DNA from: Spirochaetales bacterium | GTDB taxonomy: Bacteria; Spirochaetota; Spirochaetia; JABEVK01 | Length of the DNA: 64,000 nt | Reading direction: 5' to 3' | Assembly (NCBI GenBank): GCA_037142615.1 | Contig: JBAXAI010000005.1 | Span: 64,001-128,000 of the forward strand | Shown here: one piece after another, positions 37,503-49,391 of the stretch | Numbering within the stretch: the first letter of the stretch is position 1 | How the letters are laid out: each line of letters starts with the position of its first letter | Program-made: the position numbers and the translations under genes | The notes under the pieces: model-generated | Told to the model about the DNA's origin: nothing | Databases searched by the model: none | The model's input: the letters and a program-made list of their open reading frames with translations, nothing else

Positions 37503-39338
37503 TTAGGTCAGGGCAACATTTTGCAGACCAAAGACCCGCAACGACTCCTTGCGTCCTTTGACCGTTTCTTCCGACACGAACGCGAACTGGAATTGCGACC
37601 TCGTCGCTTCGTCGAGCGCCTCGAGTGTCTGCCCGGAGAGGAGAATGTCGGTCCCCAGGGTCTTGGTCAGGCCCTCGAGCCGACTGGCCGTGTTCACGGT
37701 GTCGCTGATCACGGTGGAATCCATGCGTTGGTTCTCGCCGATGGTCCCCATCAGCAGCGGGCCCCAGTGCATGCCAATGCCGACCCGGATCGGCACGTAG
37801 CCGACCTGAGCCCGGTGTTCGTTGTACTCGCGCAGAACTTGCCGCATCTCGAGCGCGGCGCGCATCGCATCCGAGGCATCCCGTGGAAAGAGGGCCATGA
37901 TCCCGTCGCCGATGTACTTGTCGACAAACCCGTTATTTTTGCGGATCACCGGCCCCATGCGCCGCAAGTACGAGTTGATGAACTTGAAGTTCTGCTGAGG
38001 CGTCATGGTTTCCGAGAGCGACGTGAAGTCGCGGATGTCGGAAAACAGCACCACCATGGGTCGTTCGGAATAATCGCCGAGTTCGATGTCGACGATGCTC
38101 TTCTTGTCGAGGTAACTGAGCACCTCGCGGGGGATGAACCGCTCGAGCGACACGTTGATCTTGGCCAGGTGCAAGCTGTAGCGCTCCGAGTCCGAAAAGG
38201 CGACGGTGAACTTCCGGATCATCACCAGCGACTGAAAAATCAAGAAGGCGACGAGGCCGACCGAGCCCATGAAGGGCATCGGGAGCAGCAAGTTCGACTT
38301 GAGCAAATCGTTGATCACCGTGGCAAACAGGATGAGAAAGCCCGACAGAAATAACAGCGAGCCGGTGAGCCGCCCGAGCAGCGCCCGCACGAGAATCCAC
38401 ATGACCACAAACCCCTGCACCGCAACGAAGAGCGAAAACCAAGTCAGCATCGCAGTGTACCAGGCGGCCGTTGCCACCAGAATGAGCACGCTGTAGCCAC
38501 CTCCCACGGCGACCGAGACAGGCCGGAACCACTTGGGCGTCACCGAAGGGAACAAGTGGGCAATGAACAAGGCGAAGCTCAGCGAAGCGGCCGAAAAGGT
38601 CCAGTACCACAGTTTCATCTCGGGTTCCCAGGGGAACCAAGGCAGCAGGTCGGCAAAAAAGGTCGAACCCGACAGGAGCCCCCGGAACGAGAACAGAAGG
38701 GCCAACACGCCGAACCAAAGCGCGCTATGGTCCTTGGGGCGGAAGGCGAACAGGCCCAGGTGATACAGGCCCATGATGAACAGGCTGCAGAACAGGGCGA
38801 CGGCCACCAGAATGTCGGCCCCGCGAAGTTCCACCAGCGCCCGGGTTGGCCCCAGTCGCAGCGACTCGATCAGGCCTGGGTTAACATCGCCGTAGCTCGC
38901 CACACGGATCTGCAAATCGTTTGCCCCGGCGACGGCAGGGACCTCGACGACGGTGGTTTGGCGGCGGGGTTGGTAGTTCTTGGGGTCCCATTCGCCAACT
39001 TTCCACACGCTGGTGCCGTTCCAGAGCACTTCGCCGGCAGCGCCAATGAGCGGCACCGAAAGGGCCAGCCCCGTCGGCACAGGATCGGGAAGTTGAATGG
39101 TCAACTGGTAGGTGCCCCACCCGTCGGAACGCCCTTCGGCGGCGGTCCAAGATCCCGGCACCTGCAGGTCGATGGCCTGACCCGCTCCGGGAAGGTTTTG
39201 GAACCAGAACTTCCAGTCGCCATTAAGAGTCGTGGGCTGCGGGTTTTTCCAGGTTGACAGGTCTATGAAGCCACGGTGCACCGTCTGCGCCGGTAGCAAG
39301 GAACTCAGCAACAACATCGGAAGCAAAAAGCGTCGCAT
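37503..39338 (-). CDS. 7TM-DISM adenylate/guanylate cyclase
   Basis: LNGDWKF / VPGSW sugar-binding domain; 7 TM; FSDIRDFT; DKYIGDGIMALF; ISDTVNTASRLE. Confidence 0.92.
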   Translation of the reverse strand: MRRFLLPMLLLSSLLPAQTVHRGFIDLSTWKNPQPTTLNGDWKFWFQNLPGAGQAIDLQVPGSWTAAEGRSDGWGTYQLTIQLPDPVPTGLALSVPLIGAAGEVLWNGTSVWKVGEWDPKNYQPRRQTTVVEVPAVAGANDLQIRVASYGDVNPGLIESLRLGPTRALVELRGADILVAVALFCSLFIMGLYHLGLFAFRPKDHSALWFGVLALLFSFRGLLSGSTFFADLLPWFPWEPEMKLWYWTFSAASLSFALFIAHLFPSVTPKWFRPVSVAVGGGYSVLILVATAAWYTAMLTWFSLFVAVQGFVVMWILVRALLGRLTGSLLFLSGFLILFATVINDLLKSNLLLPMPFMGSVGLVAFLIFQSLVMIRKFTVAFSDSERYSLHLAKINVSLERFIPREVLSYLDKKSIVDIELGDYSERPMVVLFSDIRDFTSLSETMTPQQNFKFINSYLRRMGPVIRKNNGFVDKYIGDGIMALFPRDASDAMRAALEMRQVLREYNEHRAQVGYVPIRVGIGMHWGPLLMGTIGENQRMDSTVISDTVNTASRLEGLTKTLGTDILLSGQTLEALDEATRSQFQFAFVSEETVKGRKESLRVFGLQNVALT

Positions 39339-39340
39339 AC

Positions 39341-39607
39341 CTAGCGGATCACAAACAGGCGGTACCCGGCCACGTCGGCCGGTTCCGTGGTCACTTTTTT
39401 CACGGTGGCGGTTTTGGGACCCTTCTTCAGCCACTTGGCGAACTCGTCGACCGCAGCCGCTGGTCCCTGCACATAGCCGCTGACCACGCCGCCGGGGGCG
39501 TTTTCGATCCAGCCGCCGAGTCCCAATCGCCGTGCCTCTTCCTGGGCAGCCCAACGGTAGCCAACACCCTGCACCCGGCCGGTTACGGCAAAGGTTACGG
39601 CCTTCAT
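39341..39607 (-). CDS. acyP: Acylphosphatase
   Basis: VTGRVQGVGYR; GWIEN. Confidence 0.92.
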   Translation of the reverse strand: MKAVTFAVTGRVQGVGYRWAAQEEARRLGLGGWIENAPGGVVSGYVQGPAAAVDEFAKWLKKGPKTATVKKVTTEPADVAGYRLFVIR

Positions 39608-39972
39608 CGCTTCACGAGACCCAGCGTGCCGTGCCCAGAGGCGCCCGCATCCCAGTCACCGGTAACTAAGTTGCCTTGCTGACCACGGAGCACCCAGTGG
39701 TTGTCACCGCTCAGGTCGATTCCCCGCTCGTTGCGCGTCCAGGTTCCCACTTCGGGGTAGTCGTAAAGATTGCTGAGGTCCCATTCTCCGGAGTCCGGAC
39801 CGCCGTGAAACCGGATGGTTCCTTTATCCCAGGTGTTTCCGTTCGTCACATCGATGACGGTGTAGGACCATTCGCCGCCGATATCGCCCGGGGGGGTTGG
39901 TGGCGCTGCGGGCACGGTGGTGCAGGCCGACAGCACCAGAAGAGGCAAGAACAACAAGAAAGCTCGTAGCAT
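39604..39972 (-). CDS. Hypothetical lipoprotein
   Basis: Lipobox LSAC; GAGGAG RBS; ATGA coupling to acyP. Confidence 0.7.
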   Translation of the reverse strand: MLRAFLLFLPLLVLSACTTVPAAPPTPPGDIGGEWSYTVIDVTNGNTWDKGTIRFHGGPDSGEWDLSNLYDYPEVGTWTRNERGIDLSGDNHWVLRGQQGNLVTGDWDAGASGHGTLGLVKR

Positions 39973-40084
39973 GCAAGGTCTCCTCGTTCCATGATAGCAC
40001 TGGGCGGCCGTTCGTCCAATCAGATGAGCTTGTTTCGTTTGGCGAAATGGACCAGATCAACCACCGTGTCGGCGATCCAAACCG

Positions 40085-41152
40085 TCAAACAGGAACCTCG
40101 ACCTTGACCCGGGTGCCGTGACCAGGGCTGGACTCGATGTGTAGCGAGGCACCGATCATGCGTGCTCGCTCTTTGATGCCAACCATGCCCAAGCCGGGGC
40201 GGCCTCCTTGACTGGGGGCGCTGGTCTCGTTCACGACGAAGCCCACTCCGTCGTCATGGACCATCACGCACAGCACGCCGTTACCGGTAATCACTTCGAC
40301 GCCGATGGATTTCGGCTGGCCGTGCCGAAGCGCATTTGTCATCGCCTCTTGAACAATCCGGTACAGGTTCACGGCAATTTCCTCGTCCAACGGACCGCCG
40401 AAGGGTGTGCCCACCAACCGAACGGGTAGCTTGGCGCGATAGGAAACTGAGTGGCAGAGCTCGTCGAGCGAACGGAAAAGACCCAAAGTGTCGAGCGATG
40501 GGGGACGAAGGCCCCAAGCCACCTGGCGCACGTGGTCGATGGCCGAGTTCAGGCTCGCCACCGTGCGCAGGTACACGTCCTGGTCGGCCTGGCTGAGCAG
40601 GATTTTCGCCGCCGCCAGGTCTTGGATCACGGTATCGTGCAGGTCACGCGACAAGGCCTTTCGTTCCTCCTCGCTCGCGGCAAGATGCTGCTGGTGGAGT
40701 TGCCGCAACAGGTCTTCGGTTTCGCGTCGCTTGGTGCTGAGCAGGGCAATGGCGCCCGCAATCAACACAATCCCGCCAATGCTCATGAACAGCAATTGCT
40801 GGAGCACCGAGTAAACCAGGCGCTGCCTTGCGAGAAAATCGTTCAGCCGGGCTTGGATTTCGGCCGATCCTGTTCCCGTCGAGATCCAAGCGTCAAGTTG
40901 GTCGCTGGAAAGGAACTTCAGGGTCACCATCGCGTCCCAGACCTTCAGGCCGACAAGCACCTGACGTTTGGCCTCGGATTCCTTGGGGTCACCTCGGGCC
41001 ACTGCGACGAGGTAGTCCTGGAACTCCGTATTGGCCACTTGCAACGTTCTTTCGGCGTCGTAGGTGGACTGAAGAAACGAGCCCAGCAGGAGGAAGAGCG
41101 AGACGACGAGCGCCATCCCCAAGATCACGGCGGAATTCTTTCGTAGGAACAC
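40085..41152 (-). CDS. NarX/HisKA_3-type sensor histidine kinase
   Basis: EEERKALSRDLHDTVIQ; YRIVQEAMTNALRH; DDGVGF; GLGMVGIKERA; probable GTG start at 41152. Confidence 0.9.
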   Translation of the reverse strand: MFLRKNSAVILGMALVVSLFLLLGSFLQSTYDAERTLQVANTEFQDYLVAVARGDPKESEAKRQVLVGLKVWDAMVTLKFLSSDQLDAWISTGTGSAEIQARLNDFLARQRLVYSVLQQLLFMSIGGIVLIAGAIALLSTKRRETEDLLRQLHQQHLAASEEERKALSRDLHDTVIQDLAAAKILLSQADQDVYLRTVASLNSAIDHVRQVAWGLRPPSLDTLGLFRSLDELCHSVSYRAKLPVRLVGTPFGGPLDEEIAVNLYRIVQEAMTNALRHGQPKSIGVEVITGNGVLCVMVHDDGVGFVVNETSAPSQGGRPGLGMVGIKERARMIGASLHIESSPGHGTRVKVEVPV

Positions 41153-41175
41153 GAGAAATAGTCTATCATGAAACA
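41153..41175. promoter_or_regulatory. Putative bidirectional -10 element
   Basis: AGTCTATCAT gives TAGACT on the - strand and TATCAT on the + strand, 7 and 6 nt from divergent start codons. Confidence 0.55.
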
Positions 41176-41757
41176 ATGCGCAAGTCGTTCCCATTTTGGG
41201 CAGTTATCCTGGCGCCGATCGTTGCAGCGCTCCTCAATGTCTTTCTCAACTGGGCCAACCGGAGTCTGGGGTCACCCCTCTTTGCCGATTCCATATTCAC
41301 AGCGGTGGTCGCCGCGGTCTTCGGGGTCGTCCCGGGACTGGCAGCCGCCTTGCTCACCCAACTGGGCATGGAGGCCGTGCTGAGTCTGCAGGGCCCGTTT
41401 GGCACCGCACTGCCGTTTGTGTTCTGCGGCTTCGCTACGGCCCTCATCGTCGGCCTGGCCGCCGAACGGGGCCGCTTCTTGTCGGTGCTGGCTCTCACGG
41501 CGGTCATCGCGGGTGTCACGCTGGCCAACTCGGTCATCGGTTCAGTGACGGCGACCTTTGTGTTCGGTGGCGTCACCCTGCACACCAGCGATTTTCTGAT
41601 CACCGGGTTCCTCCTGAGCGGCCAGCAACTGCTCGAGGCCAGCTTCTGGGCGCGCGTACCGCTCAACCTGATCGACAAGGGCATTGCCGTCGGGCTGGCC
41701 TACTTCACGCTCAAACAGCTCGTCCCCAAGCAGTACCTGCCCGCGCCGAGGGGGTGA
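41176..41757 (+). CDS. ECF-transporter S-component-like membrane protein
   Basis: PLFADSIFTAVVAAVFG..PG; ...NLIDK; about 6 TM. Confidence 0.7.
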   Translation: MRKSFPFWAVILAPIVAALLNVFLNWANRSLGSPLFADSIFTAVVAAVFGVVPGLAAALLTQLGMEAVLSLQGPFGTALPFVFCGFATALIVGLAAERGRFLSVLALTAVIAGVTLANSVIGSVTATFVFGGVTLHTSDFLITGFLLSGQQLLEASFWARVPLNLIDKGIAVGLAYFTLKQLVPKQYLPAPRG

Positions 41758-41784
41758 GCCGCGTACCAACGACGCCGGGTCCCT

Positions 41785-41813
41785 TTGACATCCACGGCCC
41801 TTGGGTCGAAACT
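41785..41813 (+). promoter_or_regulatory. Sigma70-type promoter
   Basis: TTGACA, 17 bp, GAAACT. Confidence 0.45.
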
Positions 41814-41833
41814 GGGGTGACAGGGGGCCCTTC

Positions 41834-42130
41834 ATGAGCGTCATCTACACCCACACCACTTGGTACGTCATCGCCGGCAAAGAGGCCGAGTTTGAAAAAC
41901 GCTGGGCCGACTGGGCCGACTGGGGCCACCAAGCTGGCTTGGTCAAAGGGGCCAAACTTCTCAAGTCCAACGACGAAGAGGGCGTGTTTGTCAGCTTCGG
42001 CATCTGGAAGGACCTGAGCCAAGCCAAGGCCTGGCGCAAAGCCGCCGGTTACGCGGAGCGTCTGGGCAAACTACAGCAGGTGATCACCAAGTTCGAGCCG
42101 CGAACATTGCAGCAGGTCGGAGAAGCCTGA
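41834..42130 (+). CDS. Antibiotic biosynthesis monooxygenase (ABM) family protein
   Basis: W.V..GKEAEFEKRW ... FVSFGIW pattern; 98 aa. Confidence 0.75.
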   Translation: MSVIYTHTTWYVIAGKEAEFEKRWADWADWGHQAGLVKGAKLLKSNDEEGVFVSFGIWKDLSQAKAWRKAAGYAERLGKLQQVITKFEPRTLQQVGEA

Positions 42131-42150
42131 CGACGCCGACCCGAGAACGC

Positions 42151-42180
42151 TTACTGGCACGCCTCACAACTAGGGTCTTG
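42151..42180 (-). repeat. Diverged duplicate of the nrdA 3' end (QDPSCEACQ*)
   Basis: CAAGACCCTAGTTGTGAGGCGTGCCAGTAA versus gene end GAAGACCCTACTTGCGAAGCTTGTCAGTAA. Confidence 0.85.
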
Positions 42181-42245
42181 GCGACGGGCGCTGGCGCGCC
42201 CTTACGCCTGCAGTTCCGCGCAAGGCGCAGAACTGCACACTTCTC

Positions 42246-44768
<2,523 letters not shown>

Positions 44769-44846
44769 CATCAACCTCCCAGTTTTTGACCTTCGACCAC
44801 TATAGCAAAGTTTGGTCGACTGTAAAGGCCCAAAAGCGGGCTAATC

Positions 44847-44894
44847 ACACTACCGGTAGTGTCATACCGATAAACATTGCACTATTGACCGGGG
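44847..44894. promoter_or_regulatory. Putative NrdR boxes upstream of nrdA
   Basis: Perfect 16-bp palindrome ACACTACCGGTAGTGT (44847-44862) resembling the NrdR-box consensus; degenerate second site GCACTATTGACCGGGG starting 32 bp away. Confidence 0.6.
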
Positions 44895-44929
44895 ACCTTC
44901 CGAGGCCTAAACTATGGTAGGAGCGTGTT

Positions 44930-46273
44930 TTGTCTATCCAGCGAAGCCTCATCCTGACGGTCGTGCTCACGCTCCTGCTTCCCGCTTTTTTGGTCAGCGG
45001 CTGGCAGACGTCCGAGGCCTTTTCGCAAATGGAGCGGCGCTTTGCCGCCGACCAGGACCGCACGCTCGACTCCCTGGTCTGGAGCCTCACGGAACTGGTG
45101 TGGAACTTCAACGAAGCAGACACGGCTTCGGTCTTGCGCGGCTCCTTCTACGACGAGCGAATCGTTCGAATTTCGGTGACGAGCATCCCGGGGACCCAGT
45201 TGGCCGAGGTGCAGAATCTGTCGCGCGACCACGGCCGAACCGTCTCGGTGCAGGCCCCGATCAAACACGGCAACCAAGAGATTGGCAGCGTGTCGTTGTC
45301 GATGGACCGCACACCCGATTTCGACGCCGTGATGCACAATGCCTCCGTCACCTTGGCCCTGTTGCTCGTTCAGCTGGCTTTTAGCGTGTCGCTGCTGCTT
45401 TGGCAGTTAAGGCGGCGTTTTGTGCAGCCCTTGCGTCTGCTCGAACTGCAGGCGCAGCAGCTCAACCGAAATCAGCTGGGCGAGGCGTTTGTCTGGACGC
45501 GAAACGACGAACTGGGGCACCTGGGAGCCAGCTTGGAGGCCACACGCCTCGCCCTCAAAGAATCGTTTTCGACGCTGGAGGCACGGGTTTCCGAGCGCAC
45601 TCGCGACCTCGAGGCCTTCAGCTACTCGGTGTCGCACGACTTGCGTGCCCCTTTGCGCGCCATAAAAGGCTACGCCGATGCGCTGACCGAAGACGTGGGG
45701 AGCGACCTTTCGGCCCAGGCTCTCGAGGACCTGAAGCGGATTCACCGCGGGGTGGGAAAAATGGGTCAGCTCATCGAGGACCTTTTGAACCTTTCGATGG
45801 TTACCCGGGTCGACCTCAAGAAGGTTCCCGTGAACCTTCTGGTGTTGGCCAAGAGCGTATGGAACGATCTGGAAGAAAAGGAACCTCTGCGCAAAGTGAA
45901 GATTGAGTTCCTTGGTGACTTCCACGTGGAAGGTGACAGAGCGCTGCTGGAGATCGCGCTGCGCAATTTGCTGGGCAACGCCTGGAAGTACACGTCCAAG
46001 ACGGCTGAGCCCGAGGTCTGGTTAGAGGAGCTCAAAATCGGTAACGACCGCTGGTTCGCTCTGACGGACAATGGTCCCGGGTTCCCACCGGAGCGCGCCG
46101 AGGAACTCTTCGAGCCCTTCTTGCGCCTGCACAGCGATGCCGACTACGCGGGAAACGGCATTGGACTGGCGATTGTGAAACGCATCATCGACCGTCACGG
46201 GGGCCAGATCATGGCCGAGGCGCTTCCTGAAGGCGGAGCGCGGTTCAAGTTTTCTTTAGCGACACGACGCTGA
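44930..46273 (+). CDS. HAMP-domain sensor histidine kinase
   Basis: LEAFSYSVSHDLRAPLR; NLLGNAWKY; DNGPGF; GNGIGLAIVKRI. Confidence 0.92.
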   Translation: MSIQRSLILTVVLTLLLPAFLVSGWQTSEAFSQMERRFAADQDRTLDSLVWSLTELVWNFNEADTASVLRGSFYDERIVRISVTSIPGTQLAEVQNLSRDHGRTVSVQAPIKHGNQEIGSVSLSMDRTPDFDAVMHNASVTLALLLVQLAFSVSLLLWQLRRRFVQPLRLLELQAQQLNRNQLGEAFVWTRNDELGHLGASLEATRLALKESFSTLEARVSERTRDLEAFSYSVSHDLRAPLRAIKGYADALTEDVGSDLSAQALEDLKRIHRGVGKMGQLIEDLLNLSMVTRVDLKKVPVNLLVLAKSVWNDLEEKEPLRKVKIEFLGDFHVEGDRALLEIALRNLLGNAWKYTSKTAEPEVWLEELKIGNDRWFALTDNGPGFPPERAEELFEPFLRLHSDADYAGNGIGLAIVKRIIDRHGGQIMAEALPEGGARFKFSLATRR

Positions 46274-47846
46274 TCACGCCCTTGCGCTTGTCGAGCACAA
46301 ACTTGACGGCCGTCATCTTCTGGGTGACCAAAAAACGGACGTGACAGATTTCGACGAGGGTGTCGGGCCAAACGTTGCCGCGCACCACGACGCTGGCTTC
46401 TTCGTCCTGCCCGAGAGCCATCAACTGGTCGCGAGACCGCTCCATGAGGGCGAGAATCTCTTCGCGGAGCCGATCGGCCAGACCACGGAGTTTCACTTGC
46501 GACTCGCGGTTGGCGTGGGGAATGGCGGCCTCGACCTTGTGCAGTTGATTGGCAAAGTCGCGGGAGCTCTCCCTCAGGGCGGTGATCTGCTCCATGCCCT
46601 GAAAGTCGATGCCACAGATGAGCTCGGTTCGAGGTCCGGTGGGCGTGCTGATATGAAAAGTGTCGATCCCTCGCAGGGTCTGCAGGCAACCACCCGCCAC
46701 GATGCCCTTGTCGCCCAGTTTGAGCTTGCCGCGGGTCTTGACCAGGCTGTTCAGAATACTGTTTTCGATCAGAACATCGCCCTGCGCGCTCAATGAGACC
46801 CGGTTGAGGTACTTGGCGTTGACTTTGCCGCCCACCTCGACGACGGTGCCTTCCTTGCCGACGATGCCGCTGTTGGTTACCAGATCGTTGCCGGTTTTGA
46901 CCTTCCAGGCATCGAGCACGCAGTCGAGCGACAAGGCGCCCCCGGCCTCGATGACAAAACCATCGGCCACGCTCTTATGAATGATGACGTCACCATGGAA
47001 CTTGATGTTTCCGGTTTTGTAGCTGACCCCCTGGTCCAAGTCGAGCACCGGGCTGACCGACACCACACCCTTTTCAAACTCCAACCGGCCGTCTTCGGCG
47101 GCTTCGAGCCCGATGGGCGTTTCCACCACGGTTTCTCCGGCCCGCAAGGGAGCAGGCTGGGAGGTGCCTCCGGCCAGAACGGCTCCGAGCACGGTGGTGC
47201 CGTCTTTTCCCTGAACCTCGGGCACGCGGTGGGCCAGCAGATCGCCTTTCTTGACCATCACGAAGGGCGAAAACTCCTTCCAGTCGATAGCCACGACACT
47301 TTGATCCACCTCAGGCGGTTTTTGCCAGTGCTCTTCCAACTCCAGGTGCTCGGGAACAAACGGTTGCGGGGCCTCACCTTGGGCGATCACCACGTTGGTG
47401 AGCAGTTTGTGCTCCAAATTGCAGCTCTGCATGGCCTCGAGGATGACGGGCCAAAGGACCCCGCTGGTGATGTTTTTTTGGAGAAGGAGTCTTTCGAGGT
47501 CTTCGGGCACCAAGGGTTTGCCGCCGGCACCGGGTGGTCGGAACTCTGCCACGGCCGACATTTGGTCTTCCTCAAGAAAGACCTCGCAATAGGCATCGAG
47601 CACCGGCTCGGCCGCTTCGTTGAGTTCTGCAAGACTGCTGCCAGGAGCCTCGCCGGCCGTATCGGGACCCTGTTCAGGCCCTCCCCACTTCAAGGAGGCC
47701 TGAATCATGTCCTGAGATTCTTTGAGAAGTTGAGCGATGGTTTTTTCTTTGCCTCTCATCACGCCGGTGGGCCCCTCGGGTAAGTGTAGTGCATGACGTC
47801 GAGATTTTGTCGAGTTCCATGGCAGTTTTATGTCCACTAACTCCAT
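46245..47846 (-). CDS. FapA/DUF342 family protein
   Basis: VSYKTGNIKFHGDVII; beta-helix region; C-terminal coiled coil; start uncertain (47846 or 47759). Confidence 0.8.
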   Translation of the reverse strand: MELVDIKLPWNSTKSRRHALHLPEGPTGVMRGKEKTIAQLLKESQDMIQASLKWGGPEQGPDTAGEAPGSSLAELNEAAEPVLDAYCEVFLEEDQMSAVAEFRPPGAGGKPLVPEDLERLLLQKNITSGVLWPVILEAMQSCNLEHKLLTNVVIAQGEAPQPFVPEHLELEEHWQKPPEVDQSVVAIDWKEFSPFVMVKKGDLLAHRVPEVQGKDGTTVLGAVLAGGTSQPAPLRAGETVVETPIGLEAAEDGRLEFEKGVVSVSPVLDLDQGVSYKTGNIKFHGDVIIHKSVADGFVIEAGGALSLDCVLDAWKVKTGNDLVTNSGIVGKEGTVVEVGGKVNAKYLNRVSLSAQGDVLIENSILNSLVKTRGKLKLGDKGIVAGGCLQTLRGIDTFHISTPTGPRTELICGIDFQGMEQITALRESSRDFANQLHKVEAAIPHANRESQVKLRGLADRLREEILALMERSRDQLMALGQDEEASVVVRGNVWPDTLVEICHVRFLVTQKMTAVKFVLDKRKGVISVVSLKKT

Positions 47847-47927
47847 CCTTGAAAGGATTGACAACCTTTTCCGGTGTGTGTAGGGTACTGCCGATAGTAA
47901 GTCCGCTGAGCCCAAGGAGCCCAACCG

Positions 47928-48542
47928 ATCCTTCTTCGCCGTCTGTTCCTGCTTGCCCCCATAGTCCTTGCTTGTCTACTGACGTCCTGTTCCGGGGGTC
48001 CAGAGCCCTTCGAAGTCGGCCCACCTTCGACCGACGCGGTTCTGAATCTTTACCGCAGCGAGCACTTTCGACCTGTCGTGCTTGAGTTCTACACCCACCT
48101 GACAGAGAACGCTGCCGTGGCCTCGGCGATTCTGGACGCCTGCGACGAACTGGCCCTGCCACCCTCGCTGGCGTTTGCTTTGGCTTGGAACGAAAGCCAG
48201 TTCAACCCGTTGGCCGTGCACCAGAATGAGGGCTCGGTCGACCGTGGCCTGTTTCAGCTCAATTCGCGAAGCTTCTCAGGACTTTCGAAGAAGGTTGTGT
48301 TCGACCCGGTGCAGAACGCCCGCATCGGGCTGAGCTACTACAAGAGCATTCTTGGCAAGTTGAAGACTCCTGAAAAGGCGCTAGGCTACTACAACGCCGG
48401 CATCGGCCTGTTGACCGATCGACCGCTGCCCCGCACCACTGTGGCCTACATCGGCCGCATTTTGCAGGACCAAAAGAGCCTCGACAGCGATGCCATCGCC
48501 TGGCTGTACTTTAGCCATGACCCCAGGGTTGCCTTGCGATGA
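47928..48542 (+). CDS. Lytic transglycosylase (SLT) lipoprotein with an apparent ATC start
   Basis: AWNESQFNP (catalytic Glu); DRGLFQLN; ALGYYNAG; in-frame upstream signal peptide ILLRRLFLLAPIVLACLLTSC. Confidence 0.8.
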   Translation: MLLRRLFLLAPIVLACLLTSCSGGPEPFEVGPPSTDAVLNLYRSEHFRPVVLEFYTHLTENAAVASAILDACDELALPPSLAFALAWNESQFNPLAVHQNEGSVDRGLFQLNSRSFSGLSKKVVFDPVQNARIGLSYYKSILGKLKTPEKALGYYNAGIGLLTDRPLPRTTVAYIGRILQDQKSLDSDAIAWLYFSHDPRVALR

Positions 48543-49369
48543 ACCGGTTGCTGAACATCGGGTTTCAAGGAGAGCACGGCGCCTACAGCGAAATGGCGGT
48601 CTTCCAGCTGTTCGACCGCCGGATTGCCACTGCCGTTCCCATGTTCAGCTTCCGCGACGTGTTCGAGGCGGTCGAGGCCGGTCGCTTGGACTTCGGTATC
48701 GTTCCCATTGAAAACGCGCTCGCCGGGGCCATCGACGACAACTTTGACCTTTTGCTCGAGTTTGACCATCTGCACATCGTGGCCGAGACCCAAGTTCGCA
48801 TTGAACACAACCTGATCGGCCGACCAGGGACTCCTCTGTCGGCCATCAAAAAGGTGCTTTCGCACCCGCAGGGTTTGGCACAGAGCCGCAAGTTCCTCGA
48901 AGCGCATCCCGAGTGGGAAACGGTTCCCTTTTACGATACGGCCGGCAGCGTGGCGCATGTGGCCAAAACCGGCGACGCCTCCCTCGCGGCCATTGCAAGC
49001 GCCGAGGCGGCCCGCGTCTACGGCATGGAAATCCTGGTCGCCGGGGTCGAAAGCAACCACCAGAACTTCACCCGCTTTTTTCAGCTGGCACCCCGCTCGG
49101 TGCCGCAGCCGGCTGAGCCGAACAAAGCCAGCATCGTGTTCGCTACCGCCGACGAACCCGGGGCACTGTCGAAGTGTCTGGCCGTTTTCGCCAGCCACAG
49201 CGTCAACATGAAAAAATTGGAAAGCCGCCCGATCCAAGGCCGACCCTGGGACTACATGTTTTACGTCGATGTGGCGCTTCCCGCCGAGGCAGCACAGTTC
49301 GACGCGGCGTTCGCCGAGCTGAATCTGGTGGCTCAAGACCTGCGGCTGCTCGGCAAGTACCGGGCCTAG
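48539..49369 (+). CDS. pheA: Prephenate dehydratase
   Basis: FQGEHGAYSE; VPIEN; SHPQGLAQ; NFTRF; ACT domain KLESRP. Confidence 0.95.
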   Translation: MNRLLNIGFQGEHGAYSEMAVFQLFDRRIATAVPMFSFRDVFEAVEAGRLDFGIVPIENALAGAIDDNFDLLLEFDHLHIVAETQVRIEHNLIGRPGTPLSAIKKVLSHPQGLAQSRKFLEAHPEWETVPFYDTAGSVAHVAKTGDASLAAIASAEAARVYGMEILVAGVESNHQNFTRFFQLAPRSVPQPAEPNKASIVFATADEPGALSKCLAVFASHSVNMKKLESRPIQGRPWDYMFYVDVALPAEAAQFDAAFAELNLVAQDLRLLGKYRA

Positions 49370-49391
49370 CCTGTGGGCTTAGGGGCCCGAA

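Noticed and set aside
41902-41925. 9-bp tandem CTGGGCCGA repeat
   Set aside because: Only about 2.5 units encoding WADWADW in an ABM helix; unremarkable
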